DNA of 30,629 bases, taken from positions 1 through 30,629 of the forward strand of contig JBPCTU010000127.1 in NCBI GenBank assembly GCA_051011515.1, in the 5' to 3' direction. Positions within the stretch are counted from its first letter, which is position 1. Each line of letters begins with the position of its first letter. This stretch comes from Acidimicrobiales bacterium (GTDB taxonomy: Bacteria; Actinomycetota; Acidimicrobiia; Acidimicrobiales; UBA8592). The translations under genes were made by a program, and so were the position numbers. The notes below the pieces were generated by a model, which saw nothing but the letters and a program-made list of their open reading frames with translations, searched no databases and had not been told where the DNA came from. Positions 1 through 8,074 of this stretch are shown here, piece after piece.

Positions 1-1
1 C

Positions 2-301
2 CTGGAAGGTTCAGTCGTGGCGATCGTGGGGGAGTCGGCGAAGGTAGCTGCACATTGGGCCGGCGAGGTCGCAATGTTGTTCATCGATGGGGGCCACGGT
101 GAGGTGCAGGCCGCCGAGGACTACCAAGCGTGGTCGCCCAAGTTGACCCTCGGAGGGGTTCTGGCTATTCACGACGTCTTCGAATACCCGAATGAAGGTG
201 GTCAGGCGCCACGAGACCACATCTACCGGCCGGCTTTGGATTCGGGCGATTTCGAGCAACTCGAGGCAGTCGGGTCGCTACGAGTGTTGCGGAGGATCTA
301 G
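2..301 (+). CDS. Class I SAM-dependent methyltransferase (Methyltransf_24-like), 5'-truncated by the window edge
   Basis: Frame is open from base 2. The motifs 'MLFIDGGH...DY..W...L..GG.LAIHDV' are typical of the C-terminal half of Methyltransf_24-type enzymes. Stop TAG at 299-301. Confidence 0.8.
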   Translation: MEGSVVAIVGESAKVAAHWAGEVAMLFIDGGHGEVQAAEDYQAWSPKLTLGGVLAIHDVFEYPNEGGQAPRDHIYRPALDSGDFEQLEAVGSLRVLRRI

Positions 302-346
302 CGCACGCCCCGCCACTAGGGTCGCGCGACAAAGGAGGACTCACTC

Positions 347-1015
347 ATGAAGAGCACCCCTCGGCGGGTACGAACAGGTGTTTTGCTCGTAGCTGTCATG
401 CTCGCTCTTGTCCTGGGCATCCCATCCTCGATTGCCGGCGCCCAAAACTCGAAACCCACCATCTCTGTCACAGCGGCGGACTTGAACGCCGGCACTGTAG
501 AGATCACGAATCACGGCGATGCCGAGGTGGATGTCAACGGACTGATTCTGTGCAACTTCCCGGCCTACGGAGCAATTGCGGATGCGCCCCCTATCGCACC
601 AGGTGAGACGATCACGGTGGATTCAGGCGCTGCGGGCGTCCCGCTGGATCCCACAACAGGGGAGATGGGCATCTATACGGCCCCCGAGTACGAGAACCCG
701 GACGCCATTATCACGTACGTCGAATGGGGTGCGCCCGGGCATCAGCGGGCGCCGGTTGCCGTGGCGGCGGGAGTCTGGACGGAAGGGACCGCTGAGGTCG
801 TCGATGGTTTCATCGTCGCTTCGGTGGACAACCCGATCAGCCCCGACGACTGGGTGGTGTCGACTCAGGATACCGAAACCGCCGGCGACGAGGCCGACAC
901 AACTGAGCTTGCGCAGACCGGTACCGAGACCACGTTCGTTCTCGTGACCATCGCCGCGGTGCTGGTGTTGGGTGGGCTGATGTTCGTCGGGTTCAATCGG
1001 CGACGGACCATCTAG
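347..1015 (+). CDS. Secreted, sortase-anchored surface protein (LAXTG signal) with a lamin-tail-like beta domain
   Basis: Strong RBS AAAGGAGG upstream; N-terminal signal peptide (basic, hydrophobic, AGA|Q); C-terminal LAQTG followed by a hydrophobic helix and basic tail RRRTI. 'VEITNHGDAEVDVNG...IAPGETITV' resembles lamin-tail domains (domain call is tentative). Confidence 0.75.
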   Translation: MKSTPRRVRTGVLLVAVMLALVLGIPSSIAGAQNSKPTISVTAADLNAGTVEITNHGDAEVDVNGLILCNFPAYGAIADAPPIAPGETITVDSGAAGVPLDPTTGEMGIYTAPEYENPDAIITYVEWGAPGHQRAPVAVAAGVWTEGTAEVVDGFIVASVDNPISPDDWVVSTQDTETAGDEADTTELAQTGTETTFVLVTIAAVLVLGGLMFVGFNRRRTI

Positions 1016-1020
1016 CTCGT

Positions 1021-2109
1021 TCAGTCGAAGCTGTGTTCGTCCTGGGTGGACTTGCTCGGATCGTGAGTGGCCTCGATGTCGATCAGGGCCGGCAGTGACG
1101 AGTGATCCAGAAAAAGAGTCGACGCAGCGGATCCGTTGGCGAGCGCGTCGGCTGTCAACACGACTGCCGCCGCGGAATATGTCGATCGCTCGACATCGGG
1201 AAAGCTGACACCGTCGGGAACCACGAGGCCGGTGAAGTAGCTGCCGTCATGGTGGCGGAGCGCAGCGACAGAGGAGAACAGCTCTATCGCCTGGGCCTCC
1301 TCGCCGGCCACAAGGTGAGCGAGGGCGCATTCGCATGTCTCGGCGGTTGTTACCCACGGGCGATCGGATACACACCTGACCCCATGACCTTCCATGACGA
1401 ACTCCTCGAAGCGTCCTGCAAGCCGCTCTTTGGCTGCTTTCCCGGTCAAGACACCTGTTAGAACCGGGTAGTACCAATCCATGGCCCAGCGGTCCTTGGG
1501 CGCAAACGCCTCGGGCTGGGTTCGGATGACGTGTGCCAGCCTCGCCGCGCCGAGCTCCCATCCCGGCCGCTCGTGGCCGAGCTCTTCAGCTATGGCGACG
1601 GCGCATCGAATCGAGTGCGTCATGCTCGAGGAGCCGGTCAGGAGGGCAAACGACCAGGGAGTGTTGTCGGCATGGCGCGCCCAGAGGATTTCGCCTCGTG
1701 GTGTCTGGAGATCCAGCACGAACTCGATAGCAGCCTCTACAACACGCCACATGGACTCGAGAAACCCAGCGTCCTTCGTGATCAGGTAGTGATGCCAGAC
1801 GCCGGTCGCGACGTAAGCCACGCAGTTTGCGTCGAGTTTGTCCTGTTCGACCGACCCGTCGAGGTAGTACTGGTGCCACGCGCCGTCGGGCCGCTGCATG
1901 TCTGCCAACCACTGGTAGGCCGCCACAGATTCAGAACCCATGTCGGCGACATCGAGTGCCATGGCGGCTTCGACGTGGTTCCACGCGTCGGCGTGGCCAC
2001 CTGGAAACCAGGGGATCATGCCGGTTGGGAGTTGCCACTCGGCGATGTGTGCGGCCGTGCGTTCCACTTCAGCGCCCGACATGACGCCAGGCAGATCAGG
2101 TTGCGGCAC
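1021..2109 (-). CDS. Prenyltransferase/squalene-oxidase-repeat-like (alpha/alpha)-barrel protein
   Basis: 'WQLPTGMIPWFPGGHADAWNHVEAAMAL', 'QRPDGAW' and 'DRWAMDWYYPVL' are repeat-like motifs. Start moved to GTG 2109, which has GGAGG upstream and overlaps the upstream methyltransferase stop; the ORF track starts at 2226. Confidence 0.7.
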   Translation of the reverse strand: MPQPDLPGVMSGAEVERTAAHIAEWQLPTGMIPWFPGGHADAWNHVEAAMALDVADMGSESVAAYQWLADMQRPDGAWHQYYLDGSVEQDKLDANCVAYVATGVWHHYLITKDAGFLESMWRVVEAAIEFVLDLQTPRGEILWARHADNTPWSFALLTGSSSMTHSIRCAVAIAEELGHERPGWELGAARLAHVIRTQPEAFAPKDRWAMDWYYPVLTGVLTGKAAKERLAGRFEEFVMEGHGVRCVSDRPWVTTAETCECALAHLVAGEEAQAIELFSSVAALRHHDGSYFTGLVVPDGVSFPDVERSTYSAAAVVLTADALANGSAASTLFLDHSSLPALIDIEATHDPSKSTQDEHSFD

Positions 2110-2851
2110 GGATCGGGCCTCCAGGGGGTGCGCCGGCAGGCTTTCGAGCATAGAGGATCGCACTCTTTCCAAGTACGGGGTCGAGCACCTTTTCGGCAAA
2201 CCTCGTACTGCGGGGTTGCTCGACAATGTCCCAGGTCAGGAACTTCAGGTAGGCCCGCACCAGGGGGTTGGCTTCGTTGTCGAGTCCGACTGCGCACTTC
2301 AGCCACCAATACGGAGAATGAAGCGCGTGAGCGCGGTGATAGTCGGTCGGCTCGAGCCCGGCAATACGGATCTTCGCCTCCAGCTCTGGGCGCGTGTAGA
2401 TGCGCACATGGCCGCCCGGTTCATTCGGAGCGTGATAGTCCTCGGCCAATGCCCAGCAGATTCTCTCGGGAAGGAAGGCCGGCACGGTTGCCGCCAGTGT
2501 GCCGTTCGGTTTCAGGACACGGGTGAGCTCGGCCAGGGCCGCTTGATCGTCGGCGACGTGTTCCAGCACTTCGCTGGCGATGATCCGGTCGAACGTCGAA
2601 TCAGCGAACGGCAGATTCGCTGCGTCTGCGGCTGCTGTTGTTGCAACCGTTTCGGTGGCCAGCTCCCCTGCACCGTCCAACACCGCAAAGGTTCGTCGGA
2701 CCTCTTCCAGTTCGGGCAACGCAAGATCACAGGCCACGACGCGGGCGCCCTGCTTCGCGACCTCGTAGGCGTGTCGGCCGAAGCCGCACCCGAGGTCGAG
2801 CACCCATTCACCTTCCCGGAGGCCAAGCCTCGTGTAATCGACGGTGAGCAT
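2096..2851 (-). CDS. Class I SAM-dependent methyltransferase (Methyltransf_11-like)
   Basis: Motif I VLDLGCGFGRH, then DLA, ADAANLPFADSTFD, SEVLEHV and LKPNG. Start moved to ATG 2851 (MLTVDY), 8 nt after the GT4 stop, with AGGA upstream. Confidence 0.9.
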   Translation of the reverse strand: MLTVDYTRLGLREGEWVLDLGCGFGRHAYEVAKQGARVVACDLALPELEEVRRTFAVLDGAGELATETVATTAAADAANLPFADSTFDRIIASEVLEHVADDQAALAELTRVLKPNGTLAATVPAFLPERICWALAEDYHAPNEPGGHVRIYTRPELEAKIRIAGLEPTDYHRAHALHSPYWWLKCAVGLDNEANPLVRAYLKFLTWDIVEQPRSTRFAEKVLDPVLGKSAILYARKPAGAPPGGPIRAAT

Positions 2852-2859
2852 CGAAGGTC

Positions 2860-4155
2860 CTAGCCGCAGCTGTACCAGTCGTTCAGCAGCTCGCGGCACT
2901 GGTTCGCTGTCTTGTGGGCAGATTCGCGCCAGCTCCACTTCTCCATCACCCGCTGGCGTCCGGCCTGGCCGATGGTCTCGCACAAATCCGGGTTCTCGAA
3001 AGCGAACTTGATCTGATCGGCCAGGGCAGAACTGTCGCCGGGAGGAACCGCCAGACAGGTCTCGAGATGATTCCCAGCCACTTCGGGAAGGGCCCCACCA
3101 GTTGTGGCGATCAGCGGGGTGGCGCAGCTGAGCGCCTCTATCGCAGGTATCGAGAAGCCTTCGTACAACGACGGGACGACGGCTACCGACGCACTTGCCA
3201 AAAGGTCAACCAGCGCTTCGTAGCTGATCCCGTGGTTGAAGTTGACTGCGTCCTCGAGTCCTAGCTCCTCGAGCGTGTCCGAAGTGGTGCTCCCTGTGCG
3301 GTTTCGACCCACAAGTTCCAGATGAGCTTCGGGGTATTCGGTATGAACCTTGGCGAGAGCTTCGAGCAGGAACCGCTGCCCCTTCAAAGGCACGTCAGCG
3401 CTCGCCGTCGAGACGATGCGGCCAGGAATCCGAGCCACACCGGGGCGAGGGGCGAAGAAATCGGTGTCTATGCCGATCGGGACGACGTGGATTCGCGAGT
3501 CACTGACCTTGTGGTCGGCGCAGATGTCTTGTTTCGATGACTCCGAGACCGTTACGAACCGCAGCAGCTGCTGGCACACCCGAGTCTGCATACGGGTGAA
3601 CGCGTACCATCGGCGTTTTCCGAACCGCTCAACAGCGGTTCTGGCGTTGCCCAGCTCCAATCGACGGTCGACAGTGATCGGGTGGTGGATGACTCCGAGA
3701 ACGGGAAGGCCCAAGCGACGCTGGATGGCGATGTCCCCATAGCCGAGACAACCGTTGTCGATCACCAGGTCGAATTCACCGGGTCGATCGCGCAACGCCT
3801 GATAGGCGCGAATCGAGAATGCGAGCGGCTCGGAAAAGTTCCCCGTCATGAACGAGCCCAGTTCCACGGCATCCGCGAAATCCTTGATCTCCCACAAGGC
3901 CGGCGTCCGCCCGGGGAATTGATCGTTGTAGATCTCGAGGCTGGGAAACCGATGTAGTTCGACTCGCGGATCCAGTTCTGGGTAGGGGGGGCCACCCAGG
4001 ACCTCGACGTGGTGGCCTAGGTCGGTCATGGCTTTGCTCATCTCGCGTACATACACACCCTGACCTCCGACGTGGGGCTTGCCCCGGTACGCAAGCATCG
4101 CGATGCGTAGAGGTCCATCTGGTGGCGGGGGGCTGTTGGATGTCCGGTTCGACAA
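2860..4155 (-). CDS. Glycosyltransferase family 4 (GT-B fold)
   Basis: N-terminal 'LRIAMLAYRGKPHVGGQGVYV'; 'KG' donor motif; 'PSLYEGFSIPAIEALSCATPLI' (EX7E). Start uncertain: TTG 4155 has GGAG upstream, while the ORF track uses 4194. Confidence 0.9.
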   Translation of the reverse strand: MSNRTSNSPPPPDGPLRIAMLAYRGKPHVGGQGVYVREMSKAMTDLGHHVEVLGGPPYPELDPRVELHRFPSLEIYNDQFPGRTPALWEIKDFADAVELGSFMTGNFSEPLAFSIRAYQALRDRPGEFDLVIDNGCLGYGDIAIQRRLGLPVLGVIHHPITVDRRLELGNARTAVERFGKRRWYAFTRMQTRVCQQLLRFVTVSESSKQDICADHKVSDSRIHVVPIGIDTDFFAPRPGVARIPGRIVSTASADVPLKGQRFLLEALAKVHTEYPEAHLELVGRNRTGSTTSDTLEELGLEDAVNFNHGISYEALVDLLASASVAVVPSLYEGFSIPAIEALSCATPLIATTGGALPEVAGNHLETCLAVPPGDSSALADQIKFAFENPDLCETIGQAGRQRVMEKWSWRESAHKTANQCRELLNDWYSCG

Positions 4156-4261
4156 GGGTCGTTCTCCGACGGTCCGGGCGGTGGGGCAGTACAAACGCAG
4201 TCAACGCTATAGGGCAAGCTCGAACCTGCGCCTTCGTGGTTGAACTACTTTCGGCTCTCGT

Positions 4262-4699
4262 ATGCGAGCGGTAGTGCAACGAGTCAGCTCGGCTTCGGTG
4301 TCGGTTGCGGGCGAGGTGGTCGGGTCGATCGGCGTGGGGCTCTGTGTTCTTGTCGGGGTGACCCACTCGGATGGCCAGGTCGAAGCCCAGAAGTTGGCCA
4401 AGAAGATCCACGGCCTTCGGGTCTTTGACGATGACGCGGGGGTGATGAACCTTTCCCTGGATCAGGTTGGCGGTTCTATTCTGGTGGTGTCGCAGTTCAC
4501 CCTGTACGGCGACGTCTCCAAGGGGCGTCGCCCGACCTGGACGAATGCGGCTCGGCCGGATCACGCTGAGCCACTTGTCGAAGCATTTGTCTCGGAGCTG
4601 CGTGTGCTCGGGGCAGAGGTGGACACAGGAGTCTTCGGCGCTGATATGTCGGTCGCTCTGGTGAATGACGGGCCGAGCACCTTGCTCGTCGAGGTCTGA
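4262..4699 (+). CDS. dtd: D-aminoacyl-tRNA deacylase
   Basis: [40 protein letters not shown] are the canonical DTD signature motifs. Confidence 0.97.
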   Translation: MRAVVQRVSSASVSVAGEVVGSIGVGLCVLVGVTHSDGQVEAQKLAKKIHGLRVFDDDAGVMNLSLDQVGGSILVVSQFTLYGDVSKGRRPTWTNAARPDHAEPLVEAFVSELRVLGAEVDTGVFGADMSVALVNDGPSTLLVEV

Positions 4700-4703
4700 G
4701 TTG

Positions 4704-6167
4704 TTATTGCTGCGGCTGGGGTAGTCGGCGGTGCCCAAACCACGAGAGACCAACGAGGACGACTGAGATCAAGACCATCGGCCAAGGCCCCGCCCGTGTG
4801 GCGATGGTCTGACCGTCGCGTAGCTCGACGGTCTGTTCTATGACCGCGGTCTCACTGACCGCTGTCCGCTCGACCAGCGCTCCGTCTGGTGTGACAACCG
4901 CACTGAATCCTGTCGGAGCTGCTTGCAGCACCCACCGCCCGGTTTCCATCGCCCGAAGCTTTGAAGAAGCCACCTGTTGGGTCTGGAGGATTGTCAGCCA
5001 GTACGAGGACCCATTGGTCGGGTTGGTCAGAATCTCGCCGCCATTGCCAATGGCGTCGCGGGCTCGGTCCTCGAAAAAGACCTCCCACGAGATGTTCACT
5101 CCGAGCGTGACCGGCTCTCCATCGATCTCGATGTCCAGTGTCGCTTCACCGGCCCCGGGGCGAGTGTCACGGACGGGCAGGTAGTCGGGCGCCAACGGCT
5201 CGATCAGGCCACGGAGGGGCACCGTCTCGCCGAACGGAACCAAACGGACCTTGTCATAGCGATCTACTTCCACGCCCTCGGGTGAGAAGGCGATCGACGC
5301 GTTCGCGTTGGTGGATTCATCGATGCGCTCGAAGATTCCTGCGATGAGCCAAGCATCGAGTTGCCTTGCCAAGTCCTGGAGCTCGCCGTACTCGGGCGAG
5401 TCGGCGAGCAGGGTGTTCACGTTCACGACGTCTTCGGGCCACAACACCAGGTCGACGTCGCCCTCGATGAGGTTTGTCGCCTCCAAGTGACGCTCGAAAA
5501 CGAGTCTTTCGTCAGTATTGATTGCGCGGGTCCCCTGTTCTCCGCCTCCCTGAACTATCGCGATATTGATCTCCCGTGATGCGGCACCATCAGGCGCTAT
5601 CTGTGCAAGCAACCCCAAGGCGATGATGATCGCGGCCATAGACCCGGCCACTGTCCATGATCGCTCGATGGCGGCAGCGATCGCCATGCCGCCCAGGACA
5701 ACGAGGAAAGTCAACAGGAATGGCCCAAGTATCCGCACGGTCTCGCCGAGAAACGAATCGACCTGACTCATCGGGATGGTGGCAAGCGGCACACCACCGA
5801 ACGGCCAACGCCATCTGAGCGCCTCCACGAGGGTGAACGTCGCGGGCAGTGCCAGCCACTGCCATCGGTCTGGCGGGGCGGCAAGGGTCGCCACACCGAA
5901 CAACACGGCGAAGATGAGCCCCTGCACGACGTAGCCGGGTGGGGTCAGATCGATCATCCAAAAGGTCGCGGGAAAGAGCCAACCGGCTCCAAAGCCGAAC
6001 CCGATCCAATACCGCGACCTGAGGGTTTGGGCCGCAGGTGCCTTGAGTTGAACCGCGAGCCAAGCAAATGACACGAAGGCGAGCGGCCACCACCCCCACG
6101 GGGGCATTGACAGTGCGAGGGTGACACCTGCTCCTATCGGTGGTGCCATGGCGAGAATCCGCTTCAC
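4704..6167 (-). CDS. lnt: Apolipoprotein N-acyltransferase-like protein (nucleophile Cys replaced by Ser)
   Basis: N-terminal multi-TM region 'LALSMPPWGWWPLAF', 'WPFGGVP'; nitrilase-fold domain with WPE(245), YDK(306)VRLVPFGE and NIS(360)WE; 'RAMETGRWVLQAAPTGFSAVV'. Confidence 0.9.
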   Translation of the reverse strand: MKRILAMAPPIGAGVTLALSMPPWGWWPLAFVSFAWLAVQLKAPAAQTLRSRYWIGFGFGAGWLFPATFWMIDLTPPGYVVQGLIFAVLFGVATLAAPPDRWQWLALPATFTLVEALRWRWPFGGVPLATIPMSQVDSFLGETVRILGPFLLTFLVVLGGMAIAAAIERSWTVAGSMAAIIIALGLLAQIAPDGAASREINIAIVQGGGEQGTRAINTDERLVFERHLEATNLIEGDVDLVLWPEDVVNVNTLLADSPEYGELQDLARQLDAWLIAGIFERIDESTNANASIAFSPEGVEVDRYDKVRLVPFGETVPLRGLIEPLAPDYLPVRDTRPGAGEATLDIEIDGEPVTLGVNISWEVFFEDRARDAIGNGGEILTNPTNGSSYWLTILQTQQVASSKLRAMETGRWVLQAAPTGFSAVVTPDGALVERTAVSETAVIEQTVELRDGQTIATRAGPWPMVLISVVLVGLSWFGHRRLPQPQQ

Positions 6168-6247
6168 GGCGAACCATGCTCGCAGTGTTTGTGGGAGAAC
6201 ATGAAGCGGGGTGGCTCGAGGTGGCGCGAACCAGACCTGGGTCTTGG

Positions 6248-6553
6248 TCAGATGGCGCAGTTGTCGGGGTCTGAACCGTCGCTGAGGGCTACCCGCAGTT
6301 TCTTTCTCAGGCCTCCGCGAGTTGTAATTCGCATCAACGACGCCAGTCCGACGAGTTTCGGTGTAACCAGGACCCTCAGATCGGTTCCGGTGTTGACGCG
6401 GCGGTATGGCGACAGGTTCTTTCCCTTGACGTTGGTGTCGACCGACACCTCAGCGACCTTGCCTCAACCAGTTGGGCGGATGTAATCGACGGTCAGAGTG
6501 CCGCCGCGTTTTCGAAGCAACGTTTCGGCATCGGATGTCAGCTCGAGTTGCAC
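6248..6553 (-). CDS. Candidate small selenoprotein (101 aa, in-frame UGA at codon 30), HesB-like/CC-Se-motif-like
   Basis: Manual translation from GTG 6553: VQLELTSDAETLLRKRGGTLTVDYIRPTG-[TGA 6466-6464]-GKVAEVSVDTNVKGKNLSPYRRVNTGTDLRVLVTPKLVGLASLMRITTRGGLRKKLRVALSDGSDPDNCAI*. It is in frame with the ORF-track fragment 6248..6448. GAAGG lies upstream of the start, and a SECIS-like hairpin lies downstream of the UGA. Confidence 0.7.
6434..6449 (-). promoter_or_regulatory. Bacterial SECIS-like stem-loop
   Basis: Minus strand GGTGTC-GGTC-GACACC: perfect 6-bp stem with a 4-nt GGUC loop starting 20 nt after the in-frame UGA. Confidence 0.65.
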
Positions 6554-6667
6554 GCCTTCGGTCCCTTCATCTCTCGTCGACCCTATCGACCACGATCAGC
6601 CTGGGTGTAACCCCCGCCACCAGCAGACCATTCCTGGCAGCGGCCATGAAGTGTCAGACCCTTGCGG

Positions 6668-8074
6668 TCATCTCTGCGGGGTGAACCCCGGGCCGGTCGG
6701 CTCGGGTCGCGCCACACCGCAGTGATCGGCGGCGGTTGCCGCAGCCACGCGCCCTTGGTGGACGCACGCTGGAAGCCCGAGGCCGCGAAAGGCCGCGCCG
6801 GTGACGAAGACGCCAGGTGCCTCTGCGGCCAGGGTCCGTTCGATCTCGGAGACCCGGTCGAGGTGACCAGGCTGGTACTGGGGGAGCGATGATGGCCACC
6901 GAGTGATCCGAATCTCGCGGGGCTCCGCGTGGATGCCCGTTGTCCAGCTCAACTCGGTGAGGAGCTGCTCGGTGATCTCTTCGTCCGACATTCGCATAGC
7001 TCGGTCGTCGGCGGAGTGACCGGCCGAGACGCGCAGAAACGTGGTGGGCCTATCGCCGAGATGGGCCCACTTGGTCGAGGTTTGTGAACAAGCGGTCATG
7101 AGCAGGCCTTCATGGCGGGGGATGAGGAACCCTGATCCGGTGAGCTCGGGCATCTCGGCGGAGGCGAATGCAAACGTCACCATGACGACGGATGCGTAAT
7201 GGATCGAGGCCAACATGCTGGCCGACTCGGGTGCGATGGCCGCCAGAATGGCGGCTGAGGCGAAGGCCGGGGCAGCTAGGACCACTGCGTCGGCTTCGAA
7301 GGTGTCCTTTGCCTCGATAATCCATCCCGAGTCGGCTGGTTCGAGCGACTGCACGGGTTGCTCGAGATGGATTCGTGATCTGAGGTGGTCCGCCATGGCG
7401 TCGATGATCTGGCCCACACCACGTGGATGGGTCAGAAAGATGGGTGCGTCCGGATCCCGGTCCAGTGAAGCCAAATGAGCCGGTATCGACCTGAGGAGAC
7501 TTTCGTCATGCGCAGCAGCGGCTGCGAGCTGTGGAACACCCGCCTGCAGGCTCAGCTGGTCACCATCGCCGGCGTTGATCCCTCCGAGGAGCGGTCCCAC
7601 GAGCTGGTCCATCACCTCGTCGCCGAGACGTCGACGTATGAGAGCGCCTACGGACTCGTCCTCGGCCGGAGCGTCGGCGGGGGCACGCAGATCTTGGGCT
7701 GCCCGTTCTCGGCCCTCTGGGGTCAACAGTTCGGAGGACTCCAACTCGTCCAGGTCGAGAGGTACGCCCAGGTATTGCTTCCTAGGCAGCGGACGAAGGG
7801 CCCCGCGATACCAGATCTTCGCTGCTCCCGTAGCTGGAGCCACGAGATCCGGCGTCAGGTGGAGCTGATCGCACAGGTCGGTCACGTGTGCCTCGCGAAC
7901 CAGGAAGGCATCGGCGCCGGCATCTACCTGCGTACCAGCGATCTCGGTCGTCAGGACCTTGCCACCAACGCGACCGGACGCTTCCAAGACGTCGACCGCG
8001 ATGTTGTTGCGGTGCAGTGTCAGCGCTGTCGACAGGCCCGCCATGCCGGCTCCGACAACGACGATGCGGGTCAT
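6668..8074 (-). CDS. hemY: HemY-type flavoprotein oxidase (protoporphyrinogen/coproporphyrinogen III oxidase)
   Basis: FAD-binding GAGMAGL, EASGRVGGK, DAGADAF; 'GPLLGGINAGD', 'GSGFLIP', 'RW..SLPQY.PGH', 'GLGLPACV'. ATGA overlap with hemE. Confidence 0.93.
   Translation of the reverse strand: MTRIVVVGAGMAGLSTALTLHRNNIAVDVLEASGRVGGKVLTTEIAGTQVDAGADAFLVREAHVTDLCDQLHLTPDLVAPATGAAKIWYRGALRPLPRKQYLGVPLDLDELESSELLTPEGRERAAQDLRAPADAPAEDESVGALIRRRLGDEVMDQLVGPLLGGINAGDGDQLSLQAGVPQLAAAAAHDESLLRSIPAHLASLDRDPDAPIFLTHPRGVGQIIDAMADHLRSRIHLEQPVQSLEPADSGWIIEAKDTFEADAVVLAAPAFASAAILAAIAPESASMLASIHYASVVMVTFAFASAEMPELTGSGFLIPRHEGLLMTACSQTSTKWAHLGDRPTTFLRVSAGHSADDRAMRMSDEEITEQLLTELSWTTGIHAEPREIRITRWPSSLPQYQPGHLDRVSEIERTLAAEAPGVFVTGAAFRGLGLPACVHQGRVAAATAADHCGVARPEPTGPGFTPQR

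Noticed and set aside
6248-6448. ORF-track 66-aa ORF (MSVDTNV...) as a stand-alone gene
   Set aside because: Its GTG lies inside the SECIS-like stem and has no clear RBS; the frame is better explained as the C-terminal part of the UGA read-through ORF starting at 6553.
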